A DNA stretch of 64,000 nt from an uncultured Gemmatimonadaceae bacterium (GCA_963822945.1 CAWGJO010000020.1:736001-800000), one strand, 5' to 3'; shown: positions 1 through 10,304, counted from the first letter of the stretch. Numbers and translations: made by a program. Notes: generated by a model from the sequence alone, not told the origin.

Positions 1-315
1 TGCCTGCAGAAACATGTCGTCGTGCCAGCTCAGAATGAGCGGCGCTCGCGCTTCGCGAAACCCGCGATTCGTGCACATCAACTCGTGCACGTTGTCCTCA
101 TGGAGAGCGCGCATGGTGATCGCGCCCCAACCCTCGGCGGCCGCCGCCTGCAGATAGGCCGGCGTTCCATCCGTGCACCCGTCCTCGACCACGAGCAACT
201 CCACCGGCTGGTCCGCCGCGTAGCGACGCCACGCATTCAGGCACCGCGTCAGGACCGGCAGGTTGTCGTGGGTCGCGATCACCACCGAGAGGCGCGGGCG
301 CGGAGCGTCGGTCAT
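1..315 (-). CDS. glycosyltransferase family 2 (3' end runs off the window)
   Basis: Translated by hand from ATG 315: MTDAPRPRLSVVIATHDNLPVL...LLVVEDGCTDGT..., a GT-A fold N-terminus. ATGA overlap with the upstream gene's stop. Not in the ORF track. Confidence 0.85.
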   Translation of the reverse strand, partial: MTDAPRPRLSVVIATHDNLPVLTRCLNAWRRYAADQPVELLVVEDGCTDGTPAYLQAAAAEGWGAITMRALHEDNVHELMCTNRGFREARAPLILSWHDDMFLQA

Positions 316-1262
316 TGCGGCACCTGTGCGTACGCCTGCAGGTGAAGCGCCAGCGGCGTGCGCGTGCCGCCCGGCAGCGCGCGGGCCAGCGCATACGTCA
401 CCCGGCGCGTGGCATTCATGCCCTTCCGCCGCAGGAAGCCCGCGTCCCCCGCTTGGACGATCTCCGGCGCCGCCGGTTCGACCCGGGCGTTCACGAACCC
501 TGCCTGCTCCATGGCCCGGACCAGCGTACTCGGCGTGAAGTGGTTCACATGCACCAGATTGTCGGCCACGGTCGCCCGGTAGCGCGGAAAGATCCGCGCC
601 CGCCACAGTTCCTTCTGCAGTTGCACGGGACCGTTCGGCACCTTCACGGCCAGCCAGCCGCCCGGCGCGATCACGCGCCGGATGCCGGACAGGACGGCCA
701 CCGGATCCGGAATGTGTTCGAGCACGTCGATGAACGTGACGGCGTCGTAGCGATGCCCGGCGTCGGCGAGCGCGGCGGCGTCCGCCCGGTGTATCGGAAG
801 GCCCGTGGCCGCGGCCGCGAACGCCGCCGTCTGCGGATTCAACTCCACGCCCTCCGTGGTCCATCCCGCGGCGTCGGCCAGGCGGAGGAACCGGCCCACG
901 TGGGCGCCCAGATCGAGCAGCGTGCGTCGCGATGCCGGCAGCGCCCGCGCCAGCCGCCGCAGCACCGTGTGGAAGATCAGGTCCTTGTACCCACTCTCGT
1001 ACTCCCGCGCCATCCACTCCTCCGACCAGCGCTGGTCGTACATCCGCGCGAAGTACCGATCGAGCGCGGGCAGGGCCTGCGGCTGCGTGAAGCCGCAGTC
1101 GGCGCATCGCACCAGCATCACGCGCTGATCCGTGTACCGCGCAAGCTCCGGGTCCTGCTCGGCGTAGATCGAGAATTCGAAGATGGCTTCGTGCACGGGA
1201 TCGAGGCGCGTCCCGCCGCAGATCCAGCAGGCCGGCACCGGTGCGAACATGTTGTGCGTCAT
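312..1262 (-). CDS. class I SAM-dependent methyltransferase with N-terminal Zn-binding Cys pairs
   Basis: CWIC...CADC, LLDLGAHVG motif I, DVLEHIPDP. Start taken at the ATGA overlap at 1259-1262. Confidence 0.85.
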   Translation of the reverse strand: MTHNMFAPVPACWICGGTRLDPVHEAIFEFSIYAEQDPELARYTDQRVMLVRCADCGFTQPQALPALDRYFARMYDQRWSEEWMAREYESGYKDLIFHTVLRRLARALPASRRTLLDLGAHVGRFLRLADAAGWTTEGVELNPQTAAFAAAATGLPIHRADAAALADAGHRYDAVTFIDVLEHIPDPVAVLSGIRRVIAPGGWLAVKVPNGPVQLQKELWRARIFPRYRATVADNLVHVNHFTPSTLVRAMEQAGFVNARVEPAAPEIVQAGDAGFLRRKGMNATRRVTYALARALPGGTRTPLALHLQAYAQVPQ

Positions 1263-2395
1263 GCGGCGCTCTCCATGAGGTTCACGATCCGCGCCGCCAT
1301 GTCGTCCCAACTCCACGCGCGCAGTTCAGCCGACGTCCGCCGCGCCGCACGGGCCCACCGATCGCGGTCGTCATGCCAGCGACGGAGCGCGGCCGCCAGC
1401 GCGGCGGGGTCCTCGCGGTGTTCGGGCTGCAGGCCCTCGAGCCCCGCCAACCGCTCCGCCACGCCAGCGTCGGGATCCGTGATCGCCGCCAGCCCGCAGC
1501 AGACAGCCTCGTGCACCGCCAGCCCGTACGCTTCGTACCGCGCCGGCGCGGCAATGGCATCGCAGGCCCAGAGTACGCGACGCACGTCGCGCGTGAATCC
1601 GAGAAAGTGGATCCGGTCCGCCAGTCCGGCGGCCTCCGCGGCGCGACGCCACACGGGCAGCTCGCTCCCGGCGCCGGCGATCACCAGGCGGGCGTCCCAC
1701 GCGCGATCCTCGCACAGTGCGCGCCACGCGGCGAACAGGACGTCGAAGCCTTTCCGGCGATCCCCGAGCGCGCCCACGAAGGCGACGCCCGGCCGCTCGT
1801 CCCGCCACCCCAGGGCCTTCCGTGCGTCCTCCCGTTCCTCGTCGGAGGGCGGCCGATGATAACCGGCATCGGCACCGTAGTACACCGTGTGCACGCGCTC
1901 CGGCGGTACGCCTGCGCGGGCGACCAACTCCTGTCCCGTAGCGTTCGAGTTGGCGATCACGACGCGGGCCGCGTGCAGCGCCCGTCGTTCCTCGACGACG
2001 TATTGCCGGTGCTTCCACTGCGCCAGCATCCGACGGCCGGCCGACGTGGCGACTTCCGGACGATGGCCGGCGTGCACGTAGTGTACCCAGTTGGTGTCCG
2101 CGCTTACGCAATTGCCGCCGTTCACGATCGTGTGGCCGCCGCGCGCCGCCATCATCCGCCCCCATCGCCGGCCGGCACGGGCCAGCGCTCGAGCGCCGAG
2201 CAGGTAGGAGTCGAGCGGCTTCGCCACCCGGTGCCAGTGCACCCCAGGCATGGTGAGCAGTTTCTCGTCCACGCGGTGCGCCACCAGATGCACCTCGTGC
2301 CCCACGCCGGCCAGGTATCGCGCCAGATGAAGATTGGCCACATCCATGCCGCCCGTTCGGACGAGGTCGCCCGTCACGATCGCGAACGGCCTCAC
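1259..2395 (-). CDS. glycosyltransferase family 4
   Basis: RKGFDVL, YEAYGLAVHEA (Ex7E). GTG start overlaps the upstream stop at 2392-2395. Confidence 0.88.
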   Translation of the reverse strand: MRPFAIVTGDLVRTGGMDVANLHLARYLAGVGHEVHLVAHRVDEKLLTMPGVHWHRVAKPLDSYLLGARALARAGRRWGRMMAARGGHTIVNGGNCVSADTNWVHYVHAGHRPEVATSAGRRMLAQWKHRQYVVEERRALHAARVVIANSNATGQELVARAGVPPERVHTVYYGADAGYHRPPSDEEREDARKALGWRDERPGVAFVGALGDRRKGFDVLFAAWRALCEDRAWDARLVIAGAGSELPVWRRAAEAAGLADRIHFLGFTRDVRRVLWACDAIAAPARYEAYGLAVHEAVCCGLAAITDPDAGVAERLAGLEGLQPEHREDPAALAAALRRWHDDRDRWARAARRTSAELRAWSWDDMAARIVNLMESAA

Positions 2396-3777
2396 GTGCT
2401 CGCCGATTCCGGCCACGTCTCGTGCCACGCCTGGTTCCGTGCTGCCGCAAACAAGGTTGCGTTCAGCAGCCAGAACTCCATGCCCGTCTGCGACAGGAAC
2501 ACCGGATACGAAAACGTGAACGCGCACGTCCCGAGCGAGTATCCGAGAATGACCGTGGCCCAGAGCGACAGGCTCGGATCCGTCGATGATCGCCATCGCG
2601 CGATCCCGAGCGTCGTCAAGAGCGTGATGCCCACGATCCACACGTAGGCAATCATCAGCGGCGCTCCACCATCCAGGATCCAGCCGCTCCACTGAATTTC
2701 CGCCCACAGAGCTTCGTCCGGGTTCGACTTGTCGCCGAAATAGGATTGCATCATCCCCCAACGCCCGATCCCGGCCCCGAGGGGATATTCGGGCAGCATC
2801 TCTTCGAACGCCTGCTTGAGAAATCCCCCGCGATTCTGTTCGTAGATCTGTTGCGGGGTGGCGGCCGTGAGGCTCCGCACCCGGTGCTCCACGCTCTGAC
2901 TTGCCATCGACACCGCGCCGCGGAAGCTCACGACGAGAACCGCAATCAGCACGACGCTGAATCCGGTGAGACGCTTGTAGTCGCGGCGCAGTGCCAGTAC
3001 CGCCGTCACGCCGACGAGGCTGATGGCCGTGACCACCATCAACGCACGGATCTGCGACAGATACAGGCACATCAGACCCAGCAGCACACTGCCGATGGCG
3101 CTGGCCGACAGCCACCGGCGCTCCGTCGTCAGGTACACGCCGATCCCCAGCACCACGGCATAGAGGCCGGAGGTCGCGGCGCCACCCGGCACGTCGGTGA
3201 GCCCCATGGGGCGAAACACCCGCACGCCACCCGTCGTGACGATCTTGAGGCTCTCCGCATATCCCCGCCCCAGCCCCAGGATCACCGGCGAAACGTTCGG
3301 CTGGAAGTGACCCGGGAAATACACCTGCAGCACGCCCACCAGCGAACCGACGGTGTGGAACACCCACATGATCATCAGCAGCGTGCGCAGCGTCTTCGTC
3401 GTCACCCGCAGTCGCGGCACCCAGAACAGAGGGGCCAGAATGGCGACGTACAGGCCGAGCTGCGCCAGGGCCGCCGGCAGAATCGCCGCCGTCGGATTGA
3501 GGACCGACAGGCCGAGTATGACGATCACGACCAACGCCATCGTGCGCGCCGGGTGGAATCCCGCCTTCCCCTGCACGAGCACGAAGAACACGAGACTGCT
3601 CCCGAACGCGGCCATGCGGATCAGCGTGCGCGCGCCGCCCAGCGGACTGATGATCGCGAGCTGGGACACGACTTCAATGATCATGAACCAGCGGATCCAG
3701 AAGTCCGCCGCGCGCTCTTCCAGCACGTACGGGTTCGCCACCACCCCGTCGGCGGCCCCCGGCGCCAGGGTGGTCAC
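2392..3777 (-). CDS. multi-pass membrane protein, O-antigen ligase / Wzy polymerase-like
   Basis: About 10 hydrophobic segments, SQIRA and YPLGAGIG motifs typical of Wzy_C-type loops, located among GT genes. Confidence 0.7.
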   Translation of the reverse strand: MTTLAPGAADGVVANPYVLEERAADFWIRWFMIIEVVSQLAIISPLGGARTLIRMAAFGSSLVFFVLVQGKAGFHPARTMALVVIVILGLSVLNPTAAILPAALAQLGLYVAILAPLFWVPRLRVTTKTLRTLLMIMWVFHTVGSLVGVLQVYFPGHFQPNVSPVILGLGRGYAESLKIVTTGGVRVFRPMGLTDVPGGAATSGLYAVVLGIGVYLTTERRWLSASAIGSVLLGLMCLYLSQIRALMVVTAISLVGVTAVLALRRDYKRLTGFSVVLIAVLVVSFRGAVSMASQSVEHRVRSLTAATPQQIYEQNRGGFLKQAFEEMLPEYPLGAGIGRWGMMQSYFGDKSNPDEALWAEIQWSGWILDGGAPLMIAYVWIVGITLLTTLGIARWRSSTDPSLSLWATVILGYSLGTCAFTFSYPVFLSQTGMEFWLLNATLFAAARNQAWHETWPESAST

Positions 3778-4454
3778 GCGCCCGACTCCGGCTTGCGCGC
3801 CACGATGGCGACGTTGTCCGAGCAACCGCGCGGCGCCAGGCGGCCGAAGGCGCGCGGGTAATGCCCCCCGGTGAACGGCACCCGTCCCCGTCCGCTGTAC
3901 CGCACCTCCGCGTCCACCAGTCCGGCCTCGGCCATGATCCGCCGCAGATCGACCTCGAGTAGCGCCGTACGGTGCGCCGGATACGACGGAGCCTGGAACG
4001 CGTTGAACGCGTTCTTCAGGACCAACGTCGTCTTGCTCAACACGCTCAGCTGATTGGGCGTCGTCACCAGCACCCAGCCGCCCGGCGCGGCCAGGCGCGC
4101 CAATTCGCGCCCGAACGCCCAGGGGTTCTCGAGGTGTTCGATCGTCTCCACGGCAGCCACGACGTTCGCACAGCCATCGGGCAACGGAATGTTCGGGCGA
4201 TCCAGATCGTGCATCACGAATTCAACGGACGCGTCGAGCCCCTCGTAGCGCACCGTATCGATGCCGAGGCAGCGCGCGAATCGCGGTTGCAGCCGGCGGC
4301 ACAGCGCGCCGGTTCCGCATCCCACGTCTGCGAGCACGCCGCCCCCGCGGTGCCGCTCGTCCACCAACGCGCCGACGAGCGCGTAGATCGCCTCCCCACT
4401 CGTGCCGCGCGACTGCCGCGCGCGTGACTCGAGATCGGGCAGCGGCGCCGTCAT
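3774..4454 (-). CDS. class I SAM-dependent methyltransferase
   Basis: LADVGCGTG, ETIEHLENP, PGGWVLVTTPN. ATGA overlap at 4451-4454. Confidence 0.88.
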   Translation of the reverse strand: MTAPLPDLESRARQSRGTSGEAIYALVGALVDERHRGGGVLADVGCGTGALCRRLQPRFARCLGIDTVRYEGLDASVEFVMHDLDRPNIPLPDGCANVVAAVETIEHLENPWAFGRELARLAAPGGWVLVTTPNQLSVLSKTTLVLKNAFNAFQAPSYPAHRTALLEVDLRRIMAEAGLVDAEVRYSGRGRVPFTGGHYPRAFGRLAPRGCSDNVAIVARKPESGA

Positions 4455-5572
4455 CGCTCCGTCCGCTCGGCGATCAATGGCGACAGCACATCGTGCAGCT
4501 GGCGCAGACGCGCGCCGGGGTCGCACAGCGCACGTGCTCGCGCCGGCCCCGCCATCCCCATCTCCTGGCGGCGCGCCGGGTTCTCGATCAGCGAGCGGAG
4601 CGCGTTCGCGAATTCGTCGGGCCGCCGCGGCGGCACCAGAACGCCGCACCCGTGCCCCTTGATGATCTCGGTCGGGCCGCCCATGTCGGTGGCCACGACC
4701 GGCAGCCCGGCGTACAACGCTTCGATGATCGCCACGCCGAACGGCTCGGCCTGGGCATTGGGCTGACAGAAGATGTCGGCACCGGCGAGAACGCTTCCGA
4801 TGTCGTCGCGCTCTCCGAGAAAGCGCACCCGCGTGCGAACGCCGCGGGAGACGACCAGCGTCTTGAGCTGCGCCTCGTACGTCTTCTCCGATGCCCGCTG
4901 CGCGCCTCCCACGATCCAGCACTCCCAACCCGGCAGATCGCCGAGGAAGCCGAGCGCATGCAGGAGCAGCGCATGACCCTTCCACCGCTCCAGCCGGCCT
5001 ACCTGCACGATCACGGCGGTCTCCGGCGGCACGCCGAATTCCCGTCGAACCGCCTCACGCGTGGCGCCGGCCGTCGGAGGAGAGACCGGACAGTGCAGCA
5101 GCTCCGCACGCGCCCGCGGGAAGACACTGCGGACCGTCATGCCGGTGAACTCACTGTTGTAGATGACGATGTCCGGCGTCCGGAGGCGCGCCCAGCGCTC
5201 CGTCCAGTGCGTCCCCCGAACGGCGTCGTGGAGCCAGAATCCGACGGGATAGCCCGCCCGCCGTGCCGTGGCGGCGAACAGGGAGTACGACCACGCGGAA
5301 TGGCACATCACGAAGTCCGGCCTGTGCTCCTTGAGCAGGGCCCGCAATGCACGGCGCGCGCGAATTACCGTCTGTGGCCGGCTCGCGCGGACGCCCCCCA
5401 GGAGGTACACCGGTGTTCCACTTGCCCGGAGTTCGCGGGCCAGCCGCGCGTCGAAGCACAGCGCGAATTCCGGCTCCAGTTTCGCGAACGTCGCCCGCTC
5501 CCGCGCCAGCACCACCAGCGTCGACTCCACGCCGCCGTAGAGGTTCCCGCTGTACACGTGGAGAAGCTTCAT
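4451..5572 (-). CDS. glycosyltransferase family 4
   Basis: GGVE, VGRLERWKG, EPFGVAIIEA. Confidence 0.92.
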   Translation of the reverse strand: MKLLHVYSGNLYGGVESTLVVLARERATFAKLEPEFALCFDARLARELRASGTPVYLLGGVRASRPQTVIRARRALRALLKEHRPDFVMCHSAWSYSLFAATARRAGYPVGFWLHDAVRGTHWTERWARLRTPDIVIYNSEFTGMTVRSVFPRARAELLHCPVSPPTAGATREAVRREFGVPPETAVIVQVGRLERWKGHALLLHALGFLGDLPGWECWIVGGAQRASEKTYEAQLKTLVVSRGVRTRVRFLGERDDIGSVLAGADIFCQPNAQAEPFGVAIIEALYAGLPVVATDMGGPTEIIKGHGCGVLVPPRRPDEFANALRSLIENPARRQEMGMAGPARARALCDPGARLRQLHDVLSPLIAERTER

Positions 5573-6804
5573 GCCATCGCCCGCGTTCCGGTGCCGCCTG
5601 CCGTCATGGACCGGTACACCGCGGCCACCTCCTCACCAACGCGCCGGCGATCGAAGCGGCGTTCCGCGCTCCGCCGCCCCGCGGCGCCAAGCCGGCTTCG
5701 CAGCTCGGGGTGCTCGGCCAACCGGCGCATGGCCGCCGCCAGCCCCGCGATGTCACCGGGTTCGTGTACCAGCGCATCCTCCCCATCCTGCACGATTTCG
5801 CCGGCGCCACCCGCAGCGCTCGTGATCACGGCGCGTCCACATGCCATCCCTTCGGCCACCACCAGCCCGAACGGTTCCGGCACTACCGTGGCATGCACGA
5901 CGACGTCCAGCGCGCGCATGGCGGCCGCCGGGTCCTCCACGAACCCCGTGAACCCGACGTCCGCGCCGACGCCGACGTCCATCGCCAGCGCGCGCAGCCG
6001 TTCCATGGAGATTTCGCTCCCTGGCGTTTCGTAGAGCGCGCCGCCGACCACATAAGCGCGCATCGGCAATTCACGCGGCAGCCGCGCGACCGCCTGCAGA
6101 AAGACGTCGTGTCCTTTGAAACGACCCATCGTCGCCACCAGGCCTACCCGCACCGTGCCGGCCGGTGCAGCCGGCATGCCGGCCAGCGCGTCCAGATCGG
6201 CACGCGGACCCGTGGGACTGAAGACGTCCAGATCCACACCGTTGAGCACCACCTGTACCGCGGTTCGCCCCCGCCACCCGGGCGCGGTGTCCCGGGCCAC
6301 GCTGTGCGATACGGCGATGGCCGCGTCGCACCGGCGGGAGAGTTGTCTGATCACGTGTGCCATCAAGGGGCGGGAGGAGACGTAGTCGTGCAGATGCCAG
6401 ACGAGCGCGGCGCCGGAGGGTCGGCTCCAGGCTCCCATAATGTGCATCTTGAATCCGTTGGTGTGGACGATGTCGGGCGCTCGACGTTTCAGTGCGTCCC
6501 GCAATCGGCGGCGGTACGTCGCGAATCCGCCCAACGCCGCCGCCGCTCGCACGCCGAGCCGCAGCAAATGGCCCGGCCGATCCTGCGCCGCGGAATCACC
6601 CAGCCGCGCCACGGATTCCGGCATCGCCACCACCTCCACGGCGATGCCTAGGGCGCGCGCGCGGTCTACGAGCGGACCGGGGCGCGACGAGAGAAGGGTG
6701 AGTTCCCAGGTGGGCTCCAGGCGATGCACGCTCTGCATGACGTCCAGCAGGCACCGCTCCGCACCACCGAGTTGGCCGCTTCCACTGAGATAGACGATCC
6801 GCAC
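5569..6804 (-). CDS. glycosyltransferase family 4
   Basis: GGAER, FKGHDVFL, EPFGLVVAEGM. GTG start chosen at VRIVYL. Confidence 0.9.
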   Translation of the reverse strand: MRIVYLSGSGQLGGAERCLLDVMQSVHRLEPTWELTLLSSRPGPLVDRARALGIAVEVVAMPESVARLGDSAAQDRPGHLLRLGVRAAAALGGFATYRRRLRDALKRRAPDIVHTNGFKMHIMGAWSRPSGAALVWHLHDYVSSRPLMAHVIRQLSRRCDAAIAVSHSVARDTAPGWRGRTAVQVVLNGVDLDVFSPTGPRADLDALAGMPAAPAGTVRVGLVATMGRFKGHDVFLQAVARLPRELPMRAYVVGGALYETPGSEISMERLRALAMDVGVGADVGFTGFVEDPAAAMRALDVVVHATVVPEPFGLVVAEGMACGRAVITSAAGGAGEIVQDGEDALVHEPGDIAGLAAAMRRLAEHPELRSRLGAAGRRSAERRFDRRRVGEEVAAVYRSMTAGGTGTRAMA

Positions 6805-7025
6805 ATGCCCCGGTCCGCTGACTGCGAGGGTCGGCGATTGGCCGGAAACGTAGGGCGTTCGCGCCAAAACAAACGTTTCGAACCGGAGATCGCCAGTTGC
6901 AAACTGCCCGGGTTGGACGTCGTCATCGGCCGGGCGGAGGAGTGAGATATAATGCCCGCTACCGTTTAGAGCCAATACACCAACCGGCGTTCCAGGCCCC
7001 CTCCAGCCAACTTATCTTGCGGCAG

Positions 7026-7964
7026 ATGGCCCACATAACCGTGTTCAAACCAACTCTGCATTCGCGCTGCCGCCCCTGGTTGGCGTTAGCCCTCGCGGCC
7101 TTCCTCGGTGCGCCGGCGGTCGTCCGGGCCCAACGGCCCGTACTCCAGCGGCCCCCGTCAGGACGACTGGACTCGCTCCGCAAACTGTACCGCGTGGCGC
7201 CCGCTCCCGTTCAGCCGATCGTCGTCGCCACCTTCCTCAGCGCGCCGGGCAGCAGCCTCGGGTCGCCCTCTCCGTCAGGCGTCGGCAGCGGCGACTACTT
7301 CGCCGGCGCCGGCTACCAGGAGCGCACCCGATTCACCTCACGAGCCGATGGCGGCGTCGGGGTGGGCACGGGCTTCGGCGATCCTGCTGCAGGAGTCGCG
7401 CTCGAAGTGGCCGTCTCCTCGTATTCGTCCATCCGCCATTCCTTCGCGTCGATCGGCGGCCTCAGCTTCAAACTCCACCACCGCGATGCGCAGCGCATGC
7501 TGCTGTACGCCCTCGGCGTCGAGAACGCGATTCCGTGGGGGCTCACCGACGGTGGCACCAGCGTCTATGCCACCGCAGGTCGCGTCTTCGTACTGCGTCC
7601 CGATGAGAACGCCCCGTTCGGCGTGCTCACGACATCGCTGGGCCTCGGCACGGGCCGCTTCCGCACCCAGAATGCCGTCCTCACGCACCGGCACACCGTC
7701 GGCATCTTCGGGGGCGCCGGACTGCGGATCGTTCGCGCGCTCGCCATTGCAGCCGACTGGACGGGGCAGGACCTCGATGCCGGACTCACGCTGACCCCGT
7801 TTCGCAATCGCGGGATCGTGGCGTCGTTCGGCTACGCCGACCTGACGCGCACGGCGGGAAATGGCCCGCGTTTCATCATGAGCGTGGGCTATGGCTTCAA
7901 TGCACACCGCGACAATCGACGCCTCTCTCCGGAGGATCTCAATGCTGTCTTCAAGACGCCGTAG
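7026..7964 (+). CDS. secreted protein, probable outer-membrane beta-barrel
   Basis: Signal peptide (...AVVRA|Q), Gly/aromatic alternating strands, near-terminal MSVGYGF. Confidence 0.6.
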   Translation: MAHITVFKPTLHSRCRPWLALALAAFLGAPAVVRAQRPVLQRPPSGRLDSLRKLYRVAPAPVQPIVVATFLSAPGSSLGSPSPSGVGSGDYFAGAGYQERTRFTSRADGGVGVGTGFGDPAAGVALEVAVSSYSSIRHSFASIGGLSFKLHHRDAQRMLLYALGVENAIPWGLTDGGTSVYATAGRVFVLRPDENAPFGVLTTSLGLGTGRFRTQNAVLTHRHTVGIFGGAGLRIVRALAIAADWTGQDLDAGLTLTPFRNRGIVASFGYADLTRTAGNGPRFIMSVGYGFNAHRDNRRLSPEDLNAVFKTP

Positions 7965-8571
7965 CTGGATGCGGGCCGTGCTCGGTGCCGGTGCGATGCT
8001 CCCCATCGCCCTGGCCACGGCCAGCGCCCAGGTCGGCAATCAATCGGACGTGAGCGGTATCCCCATCACGAGCAGCAGTGTCGTGAGCCCGGTATTCGGC
8101 GTCTCGCTTGGCGGCGCCGTCCGCGTGAATACCTTCATCACGCCGCAGGTGGCCGCGTCGTACCAGCAGTCCGCAGCCCGCGTGAACGCCGAGTTGAGCA
8201 GTCAATCCTTCACCGACAGCAGCGGCGTCCGCACGGGCCCCGTCACGCAGAACCTCATCTACGAAGTCGCCTCGGGTGGCAGGTCGAGTGCGCAGGCGGC
8301 CACACAGTTGGTCGGCATCCTCACCCGGAACAACAACGCGCCGGCTACCGTGGCAGACGCCGAGGCGTTCGTGGAATCGTTCCGCAGCCTGCTCGCCAAG
8401 GGAATCGCCATGGACCCGCGGTTCTTCAATTCCCTGACGGCCACGCAGTTGGCGAATGCCGTCGCTGCCTACAATGCGTTCGTCGATTCGAGCACGGAGC
8501 AGTTCCTGTCGTCACCGCCGCCCGAGCTCATCACCATCCGCGGCGTGCTCTCGCAGTTGACGGCCCGGTAG
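7942..8571 (+). CDS. secreted hypothetical protein
   Basis: Signal peptide (ATASA|Q), Ser/Ala/Gln-rich and helical-looking, overlaps the previous gene. Confidence 0.7.
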   Translation: MLSSRRRSWMRAVLGAGAMLPIALATASAQVGNQSDVSGIPITSSSVVSPVFGVSLGGAVRVNTFITPQVAASYQQSAARVNAELSSQSFTDSSGVRTGPVTQNLIYEVASGGRSSAQAATQLVGILTRNNNAPATVADAEAFVESFRSLLAKGIAMDPRFFNSLTATQLANAVAAYNAFVDSSTEQFLSSPPPELITIRGVLSQLTAR

Positions 8572-8592
8572 TCGCGCCCCGACGCGCCCCGG

Positions 8593-9240
8593 CTACGGGT
8601 GCGTCCGGACCAGCGCGACGATGAGGCCCACCGTCTGGAGTGCGGTCAGCGCATTCTGCCAGGTGAACCAGGTGAACTGCCTGGCCGGCACGACGATGCG
8701 ATCACCGGACTCGAGCAGAATCCCGAGCGTTGGCGCGCCCGTCGCGATGGCCTGCGCCGCGTTCAGTATCACCACATGGTCTCGTCGCAGAAGTCGGATG
8801 TGCGACAGGTCCGCGTTGTTCGTCGGACCGCCGGCCTGGCTGAGCGCATCGAACACCGACTGCGTGGCGTCCACGGGGTAGAGACCCGGTCGTGCGACCT
8901 GGCCCAGAACACTGACCCGGAACTGGAGCGACACGATCGCCACGCCATTCGTCGTGAGCGCCCGATAGTGATCGCGCACCTCCGTTCGGACCTCGCTCAG
9001 TGCCTTGCCCGACACGTTCAGCTCACCGAGCAGCGGGATCGCGACGACTCCCGATGTCTCCACCTGGTAGTCACCCGAGTACTGCTGTTCTGGCCAGAAC
9101 TTGATGCGCAGGAGATCGCCCGGCTGTACGATGACATCGGTCACCGCGTGCGGTTCCGGAGCGGGATTCTGGGCTCGTGCCGCCGATGCGATCATGGCGA
9201 GGCCCACGAACATGGCGAGCAACCGAGACGATCGAGACAT
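8593..9240 (-). CDS. polysaccharide biosynthesis/export protein (Wza-like; Poly_export + SLBB)
   Basis: QPGDLLRI, VSVLGQVARPGLY, ALSQAGG, LESGDRIVVP, signal peptide. Confidence 0.88.
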   Translation of the reverse strand: MSRSSRLLAMFVGLAMIASAARAQNPAPEPHAVTDVIVQPGDLLRIKFWPEQQYSGDYQVETSGVVAIPLLGELNVSGKALSEVRTEVRDHYRALTTNGVAIVSLQFRVSVLGQVARPGLYPVDATQSVFDALSQAGGPTNNADLSHIRLLRRDHVVILNAAQAIATGAPTLGILLESGDRIVVPARQFTWFTWQNALTALQTVGLIVALVRTHP

Positions 9241-9281
9241 GTGCGATCGGGATCGAGGAAATGTTGCCCCAGTATAGCACC

Positions 9282-10304
9282 TCATCCGGCTCTCCCGCGA
9301 CGCCGTGTTGCGCCATGGGCGCCAAGCCACAAGTCCTCGGCAGGTAGGCCCTCCGCCGCCCACAGCCTTCGGGTCAACTCCGGCGGCTCGTGCATCGGCT
9401 CGTCGGTGAGGCGAAACGTGCCCCAGTGAATGGGCAGCATCGGCGGACGCCCGGCGTCGGGATGGGCCGCGCACAGGTCTCGATACGCGCGCAACGCATC
9501 CTCGGGATTCATGTGCACGCCTCCCATGAACCAGCGCGGCTCGTAGGCCCCAACCGGCAGCAGTACGAGATCGAAGGGGCCGTGGTGTTCGGCAATGCGT
9601 GTGAATTCCGGATGATAGGCCGTGTCGCCCGCGAAGAAGACGCGCCAGCCATTGGCGGCAATCGTCCACCCGGACCAGAGCGTGCGTGCCCGATCCCAGG
9701 GCGTACGTCCGCTGAAATGGCGTGCCGGAACGCACGACACGAGGGCGGCGCCCGCCTGGCCGGATCCCCACCAGTCCAGTTCCCGCACATCGCGCACGTG
9801 CCAGCGGCGGAGCAGATGCGCCACCTCCAGCGGCGCGAACCACTGCGCCAATGGATGCGCCTCCGCGAGCGCGCGAACCGTCTGCCGGTCCAGGTGGTCG
9901 TAATGGTTGTGCGAGATCAGCACCAGGTCGATCGGGGGAAGCGCCGATAGGGGGAAGGGTGTCGGCACGAGGCGCGACGGACCCGCCCACGAGACGGGGC
10001 TGGCCCGGCGACTCCACATCGGATCGGTGAGCACGTTCAGCGCTCCCATCTGCAGCAGGACCGTCGCGTGCCCGACCCACGTTGCGGTCAGATTCCCTCC
10101 GGCGGCTCGCGGCACGTCGAACGCACTGGGCGTTAGGGTCGACCAGGCTCCGGGCCGCGGGGGCGCTACCGGCCGGGCACGTCGTTCGCGACGCCAGCGC
10201 AGGAGATCGCGCAACTGGTGCGATCGTTCGCCGGGCCATGGATTGCGGAACCCGCCCTCCGGACGGTGGTGCGGCAGCAGCATCTGCGAAACATATCCCG
10301 CCAT
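9282..10304 (-). CDS. MBL-fold metallo-hydrolase (NAPE-PLD/RomA-like)
   Basis: SHNHYDHLD, ARHFSGR, FAGDTAY, PIHWGTF. Start uncertain (10283, 10304 or 10334). Confidence 0.9.
   Translation of the reverse strand: MAGYVSQMLLPHHRPEGGFRNPWPGERSHQLRDLLRWRRERRARPVAPPRPGAWSTLTPSAFDVPRAAGGNLTATWVGHATVLLQMGALNVLTDPMWSRRASPVSWAGPSRLVPTPFPLSALPPIDLVLISHNHYDHLDRQTVRALAEAHPLAQWFAPLEVAHLLRRWHVRDVRELDWWGSGQAGAALVSCVPARHFSGRTPWDRARTLWSGWTIAANGWRVFFAGDTAYHPEFTRIAEHHGPFDLVLLPVGAYEPRWFMGGVHMNPEDALRAYRDLCAAHPDAGRPPMLPIHWGTFRLTDEPMHEPPELTRRLWAAEGLPAEDLWLGAHGATRRRGRAG

Noticed and set aside
315..2647. Long plus-strand ORFs (514 aa, 468 aa) and many similar shadow ORFs across the window
   Set aside because: They are antisense or off-frame to well-supported genes, Arg/Pro/Ala-rich and motif-free, as expected in high-GC DNA.
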